Positions 19,645 through 27,976 of a DNA stretch of 64,000 bases are shown piece after piece (position 1 is the first letter of the stretch; every line of letters starts with the position of its first letter). The notes under the pieces were generated by a model, which was given only the letters and a program-made list of their open reading frames with translations, made no database searches and was not told the DNA's origin. The translations under genes were made by a program, and so were the position numbers. Origin of the DNA: an uncultured Candidatus Saccharibacteria bacterium (GTDB lineage Bacteria; Patescibacteriota; Doudnabacteria; UBA920). Location of the stretch: positions 475,168 to 539,167 of the forward strand of contig CAYQEU010000001.1 of assembly GCA_964416765.1 (NCBI GenBank), in the 5' to 3' direction.

Positions 19645-20328
19645 TTAGTCGCGTATTTCCCTGATCATTACAAAAGCTTCACATGCGCCGACATTATTCT
19701 TGCTTCCCCATAGCTTGGCGTTAAGCTTGATGGTTTCAAGTGAGCGAGGATGAGGAAACTCCCTTAATTCGCTGTTATAAGCTTTCATAGCTTGGAGCTT
19801 GTCTTCTAGTTCGCTTTCAATATTAACAAAGACATTGGGCAAGAAGGGTCGCTCAATACTAAAAGCCGACATTTCCGTACTGGAAAGGGTTTCGAAAGAA
19901 AGCAGCTGTTCCACTTTATTTTCGATTGGGCGGCAAGCAGTTAAGGCTGCTTGAAAAGCAATGCGATGATCAATATTCAAATCGCTCGCGTGATGAGTGT
20001 AAACAATGTTAGGTTTAAACTCTGCCACAGCCGTAGAGACTTTTTTCACTACATCCAAAAAATCAAGCCCGTCAAAACGGTTATCAGGAAGCTCTAATCT
20101 CAAACTCTGTTTGATTCCTAAGACATTGAGCGCTACTTCAGTCTCGGCAAAAGAGTCACTTTTAGTTATTTCAGACACTGGCTCATAGTAGTCTTGCCGA
20201 GAGCTTTTGCCGTCGCCCATTATCAAAACTGCAACCTGATCCCCGGCCTTAACATGCTTTCTGAGTGTTCCCCCAACCCCAATAATCTCGTCATCAGGGT
20301 GAGCCACGATAGCCAAAACTTTATTCAT
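19645..20328 (-). CDS. PIG-L/LmbE-family N-acetylglucosaminyl deacetylase (start moved to internal Met)
   Basis: VLAIVAHPDDE signature at N-terminus; HxxH later; upstream 14 codons overlap a predicted terminator so Met15 start preferred. Confidence 0.7.
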   Translation of the reverse strand: MNKVLAIVAHPDDEIIGVGGTLRKHVKAGDQVAVLIMGDGKSSRQDYYEPVSEITKSDSFAETEVALNVLGIKQSLRLELPDNRFDGLDFLDVVKKVSTAVAEFKPNIVYTHHASDLNIDHRIAFQAALTACRPIENKVEQLLSFETLSSTEMSAFSIERPFLPNVFVNIESELEDKLQAMKAYNSELREFPHPRSLETIKLNAKLWGSKNNVGACEAFVMIREIRD

Positions 20329-20348
20329 AAGAGTATTATAGTTTTTCA

Positions 20349-20390
20349 GGACAAAAAAATACAGGGCCAACCAAAGTGCGGTCAGCCCTG
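20349..20390 (-). terminator. Putative rho-independent terminator after RNHCP gene
   Basis: Minus strand: cagggc-loop-gccctg followed by tattttttt immediately after TAG stop. Confidence 0.4.
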
Positions 20391-20849
20391 CTAGTCTCGG
20401 TGCGGAACGCCGCCAACCCCGTAATAGGATAGCAGTACAGCGTCAGCAAGCGTCTGGTCGTTGCTGGCCAGTCCGAGTAATGCGTCCAGGGAATCGTCAG
20501 CCGCAATTCGATTACTGCTTTCCTTGTGACAGGAAACGCAGGAATGAATAATGCCGATTTCGCCGTCGTTCCTTATTTCAACCTCAAGAGGTTGCATGTT
20601 TCCACCGCAGATTGCGCTTCCAAGCCGCGAACCTACAGAGCTATCAACGTGCTTGCTCCACAAACACGTTGGACAGTGATTGCGATGACTTGAACCTGGC
20701 GCTAAGCCGGGTATCATCGCACGACAGTGGCTGCAACGGAAATCATTCCTTTTGTTCTTGGATTTTTCCAGCTTGCGAGCCGTTTTCAGGTCAAGCGAAT
20801 CATCATCTGCAAATCTCGCTTGATGCTTAAACGTTTTTGCCATGGACAA
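20391..20849 (-). CDS. RNHCP-domain zinc-ribbon protein
   Basis: Literal RNHCP motif (SHRNHCPTCLWSKH) plus CSHC and CVSCH Cys/His pairs. Confidence 0.65.
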   Translation of the reverse strand: MSMAKTFKHQARFADDDSLDLKTARKLEKSKNKRNDFRCSHCRAMIPGLAPGSSHRNHCPTCLWSKHVDSSVGSRLGSAICGGNMQPLEVEIRNDGEIGIIHSCVSCHKESSNRIAADDSLDALLGLASNDQTLADAVLLSYYGVGGVPHRD

Positions 20850-20872
20850 AGCCCTCCTTAACTTTGTGCATA

Positions 20873-20881
20873 ATTATAGCA
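20873..20881 (-). promoter_or_regulatory. Extended -10 element TGCTATAAT upstream of RNHCP gene
   Basis: Forward attatagca = reverse complement TGCTATAAT, ~24 nt upstream of start; SD-like aaggagg between. Confidence 0.45.
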
Positions 20882-20903
20882 CAAAAACGTTATTTTTGCA
20901 AGT

Positions 20904-21614
20904 CTATAAACCTCTGCTTTTATTGGGTTTTTTAAGCTTATTATTAAATTTAATAACCATATTTGAAATATTGGAGTCCAAAAGATAAGAATTGGCAATC
21001 ACACAGTGGCCTCCAATTGGACCATCGCAGTGTGTTAGGTATGGCCTTACCACTTCTCTTTTGCCTAATTTTTCGTACCCTTCGTTATAATCTCGGTTGG
21101 CCGAGCGGTAAACTTCTTCAAAGTCTAAACCATTTTTTTTGCACCATTGGTAAATTTCTTTTTCGAGCATAATTAACCAGCCATATTGAGTGGTTTCCCA
21201 TAGCTTTATTGCTTCTGTCGTTTCACTTCCGTCATAACATCTAACTTTGATTCCTGCCTTTTGAAAATAGCGAGCAGCTTTTTTGGCTTCCTTGCCGCCA
21301 AAGTACTTTACAAATGTTTTTAAACCTAATTCCAAATTTGGGTGAACGCCACGAACCGGACTATGCACAGATTTGCATTTTTTACTTGTTCCCACGGGGA
21401 CAGTGGAATGTATAATAGTTAATTTGGGACGGTATAACTTTTGATAACGTTTTACCTCAGCTATAAACTTATGACTATAACCAAAAGAAATATGCATCAC
21501 TTCATAGCCTCGGCCCTGAGGCTCAGAAAGTGTTAAATCTGCAATATCGCTTTTGATGATATTTGCTAAGGCCTGCCCTACCTCCCCATATCCTATAATT
21601 AGATGCTTATTCAT
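20904..21614 (-). CDS. NAD(P)-binding Rossmann-fold oxidoreductase (ProC/ketopantoate-reductase/6PGDH-like N-domain)
   Basis: N-terminal IIGYGEVGQALA GxGxxG; remainder not confidently assigned. Confidence 0.35.
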   Translation of the reverse strand: MNKHLIIGYGEVGQALANIIKSDIADLTLSEPQGRGYEVMHISFGYSHKFIAEVKRYQKLYRPKLTIIHSTVPVGTSKKCKSVHSPVRGVHPNLELGLKTFVKYFGGKEAKKAARYFQKAGIKVRCYDGSETTEAIKLWETTQYGWLIMLEKEIYQWCKKNGLDFEEVYRSANRDYNEGYEKLGKREVVRPYLTHCDGPIGGHCVIANSYLLDSNISNMVIKFNNKLKKPNKSRGL

Positions 21615-21671
21615 ATTTAAATAATTATAATAAAAATGCTCTTAAAATCAATCTTGTTAAAAACAAATGTC

Positions 21672-21703
21672 ATAAAATAAAACTCCCCAAAGGGGAGTTT
21701 TTA
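21672..21703 (-). terminator. Rho-independent terminator after rpsI
   Basis: aaaactcccc-aaa-ggggagtttt hairpin with flanking T/A runs. Confidence 0.6.
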
Positions 21704-21710
21704 ATATATT

Positions 21711-22322
21711 TTAACGCTTCGCCCACTGTGGACTGCGGCGTGCACCACGAAGACCTGGCTTCTTTCGTTCCTTTTTGCGGTCATCGCGGGTCAGGAACTG
21801 GTTCTTCTTCAAGACTTTGCGGACATCATTGTCCAGATCAGCCAAAGCCTGGGCAATCCCGTGGCGGACTGCCTGGGATTGGGCGTTCATTCCCCCGCCG
21901 TGTACGCTGGAAACGAAGTAGAAATCGCCGGCAAGACCGGTAACTTCCAAAGGCTTCATAGCCTGTTCCTGGTAAATCGGGTTGGCGAAGTAGGACTTAA
22001 AAGGCTTCTTGTTAACAGTATTGTCGCCCTTGCCGGAGAAGATGCGGACATTGGCAATAGCGGTCTTGCGGCGGCCGGTGGCAAACTGGTAGCGGTCTTT
22101 GGCCAGGGTTGGCTTTACGGCAACCACAGCTTCAGCGTCATTGCCGGACTTCATGCCAGCGGAAATAGCTGCAGCGGCATCTTTCATGGAAGGTGCGGCC
22201 GGCGCTTCAGCCTTCGCTTCAGCAGCTTTACGAGGAGCGCGAGGCTTCTTTTCTGCTGCGGGAGCCTTTGCCTTTGCAGGGGCCTTTGCCGGAGTCTTTT
22301 TTTCAGTATCTTTAGTAGCCAT
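21711..22322 (-). CDS. rpsI: 30S ribosomal protein S9 with ~70-aa Lys/Ala/Pro-rich N-terminal extension
   Basis: C-terminus KKPGLRGARRSPQWAKR; S9 core GGGMNAQSQAVRHGIA; N-terminal KAPAKAKAPAAEKKPRAPRKAAEAKAEAPAA tail. Confidence 0.95.
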   Translation of the reverse strand: MATKDTEKKTPAKAPAKAKAPAAEKKPRAPRKAAEAKAEAPAAPSMKDAAAAISAGMKSGNDAEAVVAVKPTLAKDRYQFATGRRKTAIANVRIFSGKGDNTVNKKPFKSYFANPIYQEQAMKPLEVTGLAGDFYFVSSVHGGGMNAQSQAVRHGIAQALADLDNDVRKVLKKNQFLTRDDRKKERKKPGLRGARRSPQWAKR

Positions 22323-22324
22323 AG

Positions 22325-22744
22325 TTATGCTTTCTTATCAATCTTATAATCGTGCTTAGCACCATTAACAAAGCGCAGTCGACTAATCATGGCTTTGCGG
22401 AACTTAACATCATCAAGCATGGAAAATACCGCGCGGCGCAAGACCTGGTCCGGATTCTTCACAATTTCCTCTTTCAAGGTTTTGGTGCGAAGGCCACCAG
22501 GATAGCCGGTGTGGCGGTAGTATTTCTTCTGTTCAACTTTGCGGCCTGTAAACTTCATGTTGTCCACGTTGGTGGCAACAACGAAGTCACCCATGTCCAT
22601 GTGCGGGGTAAAGTCGCGCTTGTGCTTGCCGCGAAGCAAAGTGGCAATGCGGGTGGCAACACGTCCCATGGACTGGCTGGAAGCGTCAATTTCGTACCAG
22701 ACGCGGTTGATGGTTTTCGGTAAGGTAATCTTCTGTGACTTCAT
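22325..22744 (-). CDS. rplM: 50S ribosomal protein L13
   Basis: WYEIDASSQSMGRVATRIATLLRGKHKRDFTPHMDMGDFVV typical L13. Confidence 0.95.
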   Translation of the reverse strand: MKSQKITLPKTINRVWYEIDASSQSMGRVATRIATLLRGKHKRDFTPHMDMGDFVVATNVDNMKFTGRKVEQKKYYRHTGYPGGLRTKTLKEEIVKNPDQVLRRAVFSMLDDVKFRKAMISRLRFVNGAKHDYKIDKKA

Positions 22745-22748
22745 ATAA

Positions 22749-23093
22749 TTATTCTACAAACTCCAAAATAGCTTTGGACACGCCGGAAGCCGGGTTGGTT
22801 AATTTAGTCAAACGGGTGTAGCCGCCCTTGCGGGAAACATACTTTGGCCCCAGTACTTCCATAGCCTTGGTAGCGGCGTTGCGGGTCAATCCGGCCATAA
22901 GCTGGCGGCGGTTGTGCAGGCTGTCGGTCTTGGCTTTGGTAATAAGCTTTTCAACGTAAGGCTTTACGGCGCGGGCGTTGGCATAGGTAGTTTCAATTCG
23001 TTCGTACAGGATGGCGGAGCTAGCCAAAGTGCGCAGCAGTTTTCTGCGGTGGTCAGTCCCCTTTCCAAATTTTTGCTTCTTGTGGTGTCTCAT
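22749..23093 (-). CDS. rplQ: 50S ribosomal protein L17
   Basis: MRHHKKQKFGKGTDHRRKLLRTLASSAILYERIETT typical L17. Confidence 0.95.
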   Translation of the reverse strand: MRHHKKQKFGKGTDHRRKLLRTLASSAILYERIETTYANARAVKPYVEKLITKAKTDSLHNRRQLMAGLTRNAATKAMEVLGPKYVSRKGGYTRLTKLTNPASGVSKAILEFVE

Positions 23094-23101
23094 ATGGTTA
23101 G

Positions 23102-24076
23102 TTAGGCGTTGCGTCCCAAAGCTTCCAAAATTTCAGCGATAGTCTTTTCGCCAAGGCCTGGGATATTATTAATTTCTTCATTGGAAAGCGCTTCCAAAGC
23201 CGGCACGGTAGAAATTCCGTTGCGGCTCAGGGCGTTGCGCGCGCGGTTGGACAAGGTCAGGGTATCGAGGCTGGCCCCTTCTTGCGCTGGAGCGGCTTCG
23301 CTGGCTTCCCCCATCATTTCCGGCTGTTCAGCGTCAGCTTCCATTTCCGGTTCGTCAGAAGGCTGTGGAGCGGAGATGTGGCGGGTTTCACCTTCAACTT
23401 TGAACATGGTCTGGAAGTGGTCCACCAGGATGCGGGATGCAATGTCAATCGCTTCAGCACCGGTAATTGTTCCGTCAGTTTCCATGTTAATTACCAGCTT
23501 ATCGAAGTTGGTCAATTGTCCGACACGGGTGTTGGATACATCAAAGAATACGGAAATAACCGGAGTAAAAATTGCGTCGATCGCGAGCAAACCAACTTCA
23601 TTGGCCTGGTTTTCGCGGGCTTCAACCGGCACATAGCCGCGGCCCTGTTCAACAATCAGTTCCATGTCGAGGTCAGAGTTCTTGTTATCCAGGGTGCAGA
23701 TGTGCAAATCCTTGTTCATGATTTCCACCTGGTCGGTGGTCTTGATGTCACCAGCGGTCACGATAGCTTCGCCTTTGACCTTGAGGGACAAACGAACCGG
23801 TTCAGAGGAATAGCTGCGCAGGCGCAGGTGCTTCAGGTTCAGGATAATCTGGATAACGTCTTCCTTGACGTTAGGGATAGTGGAAAATTCATGGTCCACA
23901 AACTTAATCTTTACCGCGGTAACGGCAGCTCCCGGCATGGAAGACAGCAACACGCGGCGCAAAGTGTTACCAATAGTAACACCGTAGCCCGGGTGAAGGG
24001 GCTCCAAAGTGGCTTGGTAGCGGTTATCGCCGAGGTCTTCGACGGCAACTTGATTAGGTAATAAGATGGGTTCCAT
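23102..24076 (-). CDS. rpoA: DNA-directed RNA polymerase subunit alpha
   Basis: N-terminal domain GYGVTIGNTLRRVLLSSMPGAAVTAVKI; C-terminal alphaCTD LSNRARNALSRNGISTV; operon position. Confidence 0.95.
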   Translation of the reverse strand: MEPILLPNQVAVEDLGDNRYQATLEPLHPGYGVTIGNTLRRVLLSSMPGAAVTAVKIKFVDHEFSTIPNVKEDVIQIILNLKHLRLRSYSSEPVRLSLKVKGEAIVTAGDIKTTDQVEIMNKDLHICTLDNKNSDLDMELIVEQGRGYVPVEARENQANEVGLLAIDAIFTPVISVFFDVSNTRVGQLTNFDKLVINMETDGTITGAEAIDIASRILVDHFQTMFKVEGETRHISAPQPSDEPEMEADAEQPEMMGEASEAAPAQEGASLDTLTLSNRARNALSRNGISTVPALEALSNEEINNIPGLGEKTIAEILEALGRNA

Positions 24077-24163
24077 AGTTTTCCTTTTTGCAAATTAGCT
24101 TGGTTTGCTCAAACGTCCAATATTCTTGTAGTTGCAACCTAATTTGCGTTAGTTATGAATATA

Positions 24164-24775
24164 TTAAATTCTACTGTAGTGTTCAACAATAAGCTGGGTA
24201 TTGATGAGGTTTTGGATCTGCTCCGGTGTCGGGGCGGACAAAACTTTGCCGGACATGTCCTGGGCATTGAGCTGCAGCCATTCTTGGACGCTAGCCGCTT
24301 TCATCTTTTCTTTCTGGGTCTGCATGTACTTGCTCTTAACTTTGTTCTCGCGGACTTTAACGGTATCGCCAGGCTTGGTCAGGTAAGATGCAATATCTAC
24401 TTTCTTGCCGTTTACTTCAAAGAAACCGTGGTTTACCAGCTGGCGGGCCTGGGCGCGGGTCTCAGCGAAGCCCAAGCGGAATACAATGTTATCGAGGCGG
24501 GATTCGAGCACGCGGAGAAGGTTATCACCGGTAATGCCAGGCTGTTTCAGAGCGGTTTGGAAGTAACGCAAGAACTGCTTTTCCATAACGCCGTAGTTGA
24601 TCTTGGCTTTCTGCTTTTCCTGCAACTGAATGCCGTATTCAGACAAACGGCCGCGGCGGCCCTGGCCATGCTGGCCTGGGGCGTAAGCGCGCTTCTGGAG
24701 AATCTTGGCGTCTTTGGTGGTAAAGGCAAACCCTAAACGTCGGGCTTTTTTAACTTTTGGTCCTGTGTATCTCAT
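24164..24775 (-). CDS. rpsD: 30S ribosomal protein S4
   Basis: MRYTGPKVKKARRLG..., S4 RNA-binding domain LESRLDNIVFRLGFAETRAQARQLVNHG. Confidence 0.95.
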   Translation of the reverse strand: MRYTGPKVKKARRLGFAFTTKDAKILQKRAYAPGQHGQGRRGRLSEYGIQLQEKQKAKINYGVMEKQFLRYFQTALKQPGITGDNLLRVLESRLDNIVFRLGFAETRAQARQLVNHGFFEVNGKKVDIASYLTKPGDTVKVRENKVKSKYMQTQKEKMKAASVQEWLQLNAQDMSGKVLSAPTPEQIQNLINTQLIVEHYSRI

Positions 24776-24779
24776 ATGG

Positions 24780-25271
24780 TTATACGCGTCTTACTTTCTT
24801 TTGGCGAACTCCGCCATGCGGGATGGGAGTGCGGTCCTTAATGGACAATACGGTCAAGCCGGAACCCTGCAAAGCACGTACGGCTGATTCACGTCCGGAG
24901 CCAATTCCTTTGATATATACATCCACTTCAGTCATGCCGCGTTCTTTTAAGCGAGCTAAGGCATCTTCCATGGTCTTGCCGCCAGCGTAAGGGGTAGACT
25001 TCTTGGAGCCTTTAAAACCGGCCTTACCGGCGCTGCCCCAAACTACCACATTACCAGACGGGTCGGTAACAGTAACAATAGTGTTGTTGTAAGTGGAGTT
25101 GATAAAAACCTTACCCTTCGGTACTTTGGTCTTGTTCTTTTTCTTGCGGCCGCGGATTTTTGGAGCCGTAGCAGTTGCGGTCGAAGAACCAGCCAAAACG
25201 CTTTCCGGAGTTTCCTCTGGAGCGTCAGTACCCTTCTTTTCTTCAGTTGTAGAATCTTGTAGTGATAACAT
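24780..25271 (-). CDS. rpsK: 30S ribosomal protein S11 with ~35-aa N-terminal extension
   Basis: GKVFINSTYNNTIVTVTDPSGNVVVWGSAG...IKGIGSGRESAVRAL...KVRRV. Confidence 0.95.
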   Translation of the reverse strand: MLSLQDSTTEEKKGTDAPEETPESVLAGSSTATATAPKIRGRKKKNKTKVPKGKVFINSTYNNTIVTVTDPSGNVVVWGSAGKAGFKGSKKSTPYAGGKTMEDALARLKERGMTEVDVYIKGIGSGRESAVRALQGSGLTVLSIKDRTPIPHGGVRQKKVRRV

Positions 25272-25276
25272 ATGGT

Positions 25277-25666
25277 TTAGGTCTTTTCTGCTGACTTCTT
25301 ACGGCCGGAACCTGCTGTACGGCGGACGTTGCCGTGGCGGGTGCGGGAGTTGGTCTTGGTACGCTGGCCGTGGACAGGAAGGCCACGGATGTGGCGGATG
25401 CCGCGGTAGGCGCTGATTTCCTTGAGTCGCTTAATGTTTACCAAAACCTGCTGGCGCAACTGGCCTTCAGTCTTCAGTTCTTTTTCAATAAATTCACGAA
25501 GGCGGTTTAATTCGTCTTCTCCCAAGTCCTTGGTGCGCTTTTCCGGGTCAATCTTGGTCGCTTCCAAAATTCTCTTGGAAGTGGTTAAGCCGATCCCGTA
25601 GATGTAGCGAAGGCTTGCTTCTATTCTTTTTTCGTTCGGTATAGTTACACCGGCAATTCTAGCCAT
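25277..25666 (-). CDS. rpsM: 30S ribosomal protein S13
   Basis: [34 protein letters not shown]...[19 protein letters not shown]. Confidence 0.95.
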   Translation of the reverse strand: MARIAGVTIPNEKRIEASLRYIYGIGLTTSKRILEATKIDPEKRTKDLGEDELNRLREFIEKELKTEGQLRQQVLVNIKRLKEISAYRGIRHIRGLPVHGQRTKTNSRTRHGNVRRTAGSGRKKSAEKT

Positions 25667-25681
25667 ATCTTAATAAATAAT

Positions 25682-25798
25682 TAATTAACCTTGTCTTTGC
25701 TTGTGCTTAGGGTTTTTGCAGATAACAAAAACACGGCCAAATCTCTTGACCACTTTACAATCCTTACACATAGGTTTTACGCTTGCACGTACTTTCAT
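25682..25798 (-). pseudogene. rpmJ: 50S ribosomal protein L36 gene with apparent 1-nt frameshift (or sequencing error)
   Basis: Frame A encodes [19 protein letters not shown] (matches L36 N-terminus with C11, C14); consensus C-terminus [17 protein letters not shown] lies in the +1 frame after agaTTggcc (one nt missing in the R-x-G codon). Confidence 0.6.
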
Positions 25799-25910
25799 TG
25801 TTTAGAATCCTTAGAGCTCGCTATCAGTAGCGGAGCAGAAATTAAGAAAGAGTAAATGCTCTCTTTCGGCAGCCTGACTATTAATTATCGCTGCCCTGTA
25901 AAAAATTTAC

Positions 25911-26141
25911 TTACCGGAGCCTTCTAACTATCCGGCCCTTGTTTAAATCATATGGTGTTAGCTGGATGAGAACCTTGTCACCGGGCAAAACCCTGATCTT
26001 GTGGATTCTCATTTTACCGGCGAGGTGCCCGAGGACGACCTGCCCACTCTCCAACTCGACGCGAAAAACAGCATTAGGCAAATTTTCCAGAACTTTGCCT
26101 TCTAATTCTATTGTCTGTTCTTTGTTATCGCTATCTCCCAA
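25911..26141 (-). CDS. infA: Translation initiation factor IF-1
   Basis: S1-like fold sequence [44 protein letters not shown]. Confidence 0.95.
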   Translation of the reverse strand: MGDSDNKEQTIELEGKVLENLPNAVFRVELESGQVVLGHLAGKMRIHKIRVLPGDKVLIQLTPYDLNKGRIVRRLR

Positions 26142-26230
26142 AATGCTTGAGTACAGTAAATGATTCTTACAAATTTCGATTAATTTTAACTAGAATAGCC
26201 GAAAATGTCAAGATTTGGCCCCAAAAGTGG

Positions 26231-27925
26231 CTATTCTTGTATTTTTATATGAATTTTGCGCTTAAATAAGGGGGTATTTTGTTGCCAGCTCGGATGAAGG
26301 CTTATTTCGACCCGGTCAATAGCATCATTGGAAAGCAGGATTTCACTCACTTGCTGCCTGGTTTTTCCGAGTATTTTGGTCGAAAGGGAGTTTGCTTCCA
26401 AGGAGATTTTAGCCTGGGATTCATAGTGTAGCGAGAGGGACATAGTACCCGCGTTCAGGTCATAATTCTTTACCTTGTAGGTAATTTTATCCTGGTCCGC
26501 GCCCTGCAGCTGCCGGCCCGTCGCCAAGGAGTTTGATATCCGTTGCCGGATAATATTTTTCAGGTCGTCTTCGTTAAACGCCAAACCGGTTATGCGCAGA
26601 CTGCCCGAAACAGTGACGGTGGGGCTTTCCGTGCCGCTGGTTTTGTCCGGGACAAAATCGTTTACGGTCAGGCTTGAGGCGTCATCCAGCAAAATTAGGT
26701 TTTGTTGTTTTAACTTGTCTTTGACTGTTTGGAGCAGCTTATCTTTGAGCTGGCTTTGGGCCGACTTCAGGTCGTCGTCCGATACCACTGATACAAAGCG
26801 CGAGTTACCTCCAATTATCTGGGTGGAAGTTTTCGCAAACAGTCGCTGTGGCTGCGCGCCAAAGACCTGGTTGGAAATTTCCATGCGCGTGGAAGCGGGA
26901 GCGTTGTATGATTCTCCCCCGCCCGCGGCTACAACATGAGCGATGGTCGCGTTCTTGTCATCGCTGGCGCCACTGGCCGGCTTAATATTGTTTTGGTCTT
27001 CGGTAAACAAATAGTTTTTACTGCCGATGCTCAGGATGGTGGTGGCCGCTTTCAGGCTGATAGCCTGTCCGGTTAGATTATAGATGGCGACCTGTCCTTC
27101 GGATTTGCTGCCAATTTCTTTTTGCCCGGTGGTTTGCATGGAAACCGTGGCTTGAGGCGTTTCATCAAATGGCGTGGCGGGCATGGTCAATGCAGTTGCG
27201 TCGGCTTGCTGTACTTTAGTGTCAAAATTTACGTCTACGTCCCGCGCGATGGTCTGGGACTTCCCGTAAACCGTGATGTCCGCGGTGGGAAGAATAAACA
27301 GGACTAAAATTGAAAGTACGATTAAAGCCAGCCCAACAATGGCGACTATCCAGGCGGTAGCACGGCGTGAGCGGCGAACCTTAGCAACCGGCGCCTGAGA
27401 AGGAGAGCTAAATACGTTATCAGGGCCGCGGCTGGAAAGCGACGGCGATGTTGGCGCTACGGTAACGCGTGGCTTTGGTCGCAGAACTTTTTTTACTTTT
27501 TTGACCGCGGTCGGGGCAGTAGTGGCCGCGCTGGCCGCGGAAACGGCTCGTCGGGGTTTGGACGCGGCTACCGCGCTGGCGGCAGGAGCAGCTAAAGACT
27601 CGGCGGAAATTTTTGCGGCTTTAGGGATGCGGCGCGCGGGACGAATATCCGCAAAGGTGCCGCCGGCACGCTGGCGAGGCATTTGGCGAAGCGTGAATCC
27701 TGCTTCAGTGGCATAGGCCTGGCCATGCTCATCCATGGTTAGGATGGAAACACTTTTGCCCAAAAGGTCAATTTTCTTTTTCAGCAGTTTTAAGTTAATC
27801 CGGTCAGAAAATATGAAGCTACCCTTCGGCATAACCAAAACGACATCAGACGCTTTCTCGCGTTTGAGCTTGGTGACGATTTTTGCGATATCGTCCTCTA
27901 AATTAAGGTATAAAGTGGCAGCCAT
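26231..27925 (-). CDS. Hypothetical bitopic membrane protein (cytoplasmic N-domain, Ala/Pro/Ser-rich linker, one TM, ~350-aa extracytoplasmic domain)
   Basis: Single hydrophobic helix WIVAIVGLALIVLSILVLFILP after low-complexity PAASAVAASKPRRAVSAASAATTAP region; no recognisable motifs. Confidence 0.5.
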   Translation of the reverse strand: MAATLYLNLEDDIAKIVTKLKREKASDVVLVMPKGSFIFSDRINLKLLKKKIDLLGKSVSILTMDEHGQAYATEAGFTLRQMPRQRAGGTFADIRPARRIPKAAKISAESLAAPAASAVAASKPRRAVSAASAATTAPTAVKKVKKVLRPKPRVTVAPTSPSLSSRGPDNVFSSPSQAPVAKVRRSRRATAWIVAIVGLALIVLSILVLFILPTADITVYGKSQTIARDVDVNFDTKVQQADATALTMPATPFDETPQATVSMQTTGQKEIGSKSEGQVAIYNLTGQAISLKAATTILSIGSKNYLFTEDQNNIKPASGASDDKNATIAHVVAAGGGESYNAPASTRMEISNQVFGAQPQRLFAKTSTQIIGGNSRFVSVVSDDDLKSAQSQLKDKLLQTVKDKLKQQNLILLDDASSLTVNDFVPDKTSGTESPTVTVSGSLRITGLAFNEDDLKNIIRQRISNSLATGRQLQGADQDKITYKVKNYDLNAGTMSLSLHYESQAKISLEANSLSTKILGKTRQQVSEILLSNDAIDRVEISLHPSWQQNTPLFKRKIHIKIQE

Positions 27926-27976
27926 GGGAGTGTTTATACCCTAATTGTAAGGACTTTGGCCCAGGGGCGCAAACGG

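Noticed and set aside
22099-24061. Long antisense ORFs inside the ribosomal/rpoA genes (e.g. 22352-22723 and 23282-24061) and inside the high-GC gene (45103-46116, 29748-30485)
   Set aside because: They fully overlap well-supported genes on the other strand, lack motifs, and are the shadow ORFs expected in GC-rich coding sequence
26160-26215. Inverted repeat agaatagcc...ggctattct between infA and the upstream membrane-protein gene as a terminator
   Set aside because: It has a long 28-nt loop and is not followed by a T-run on the relevant strand, so it may be a regulatory or attenuator structure. The evidence is insufficient
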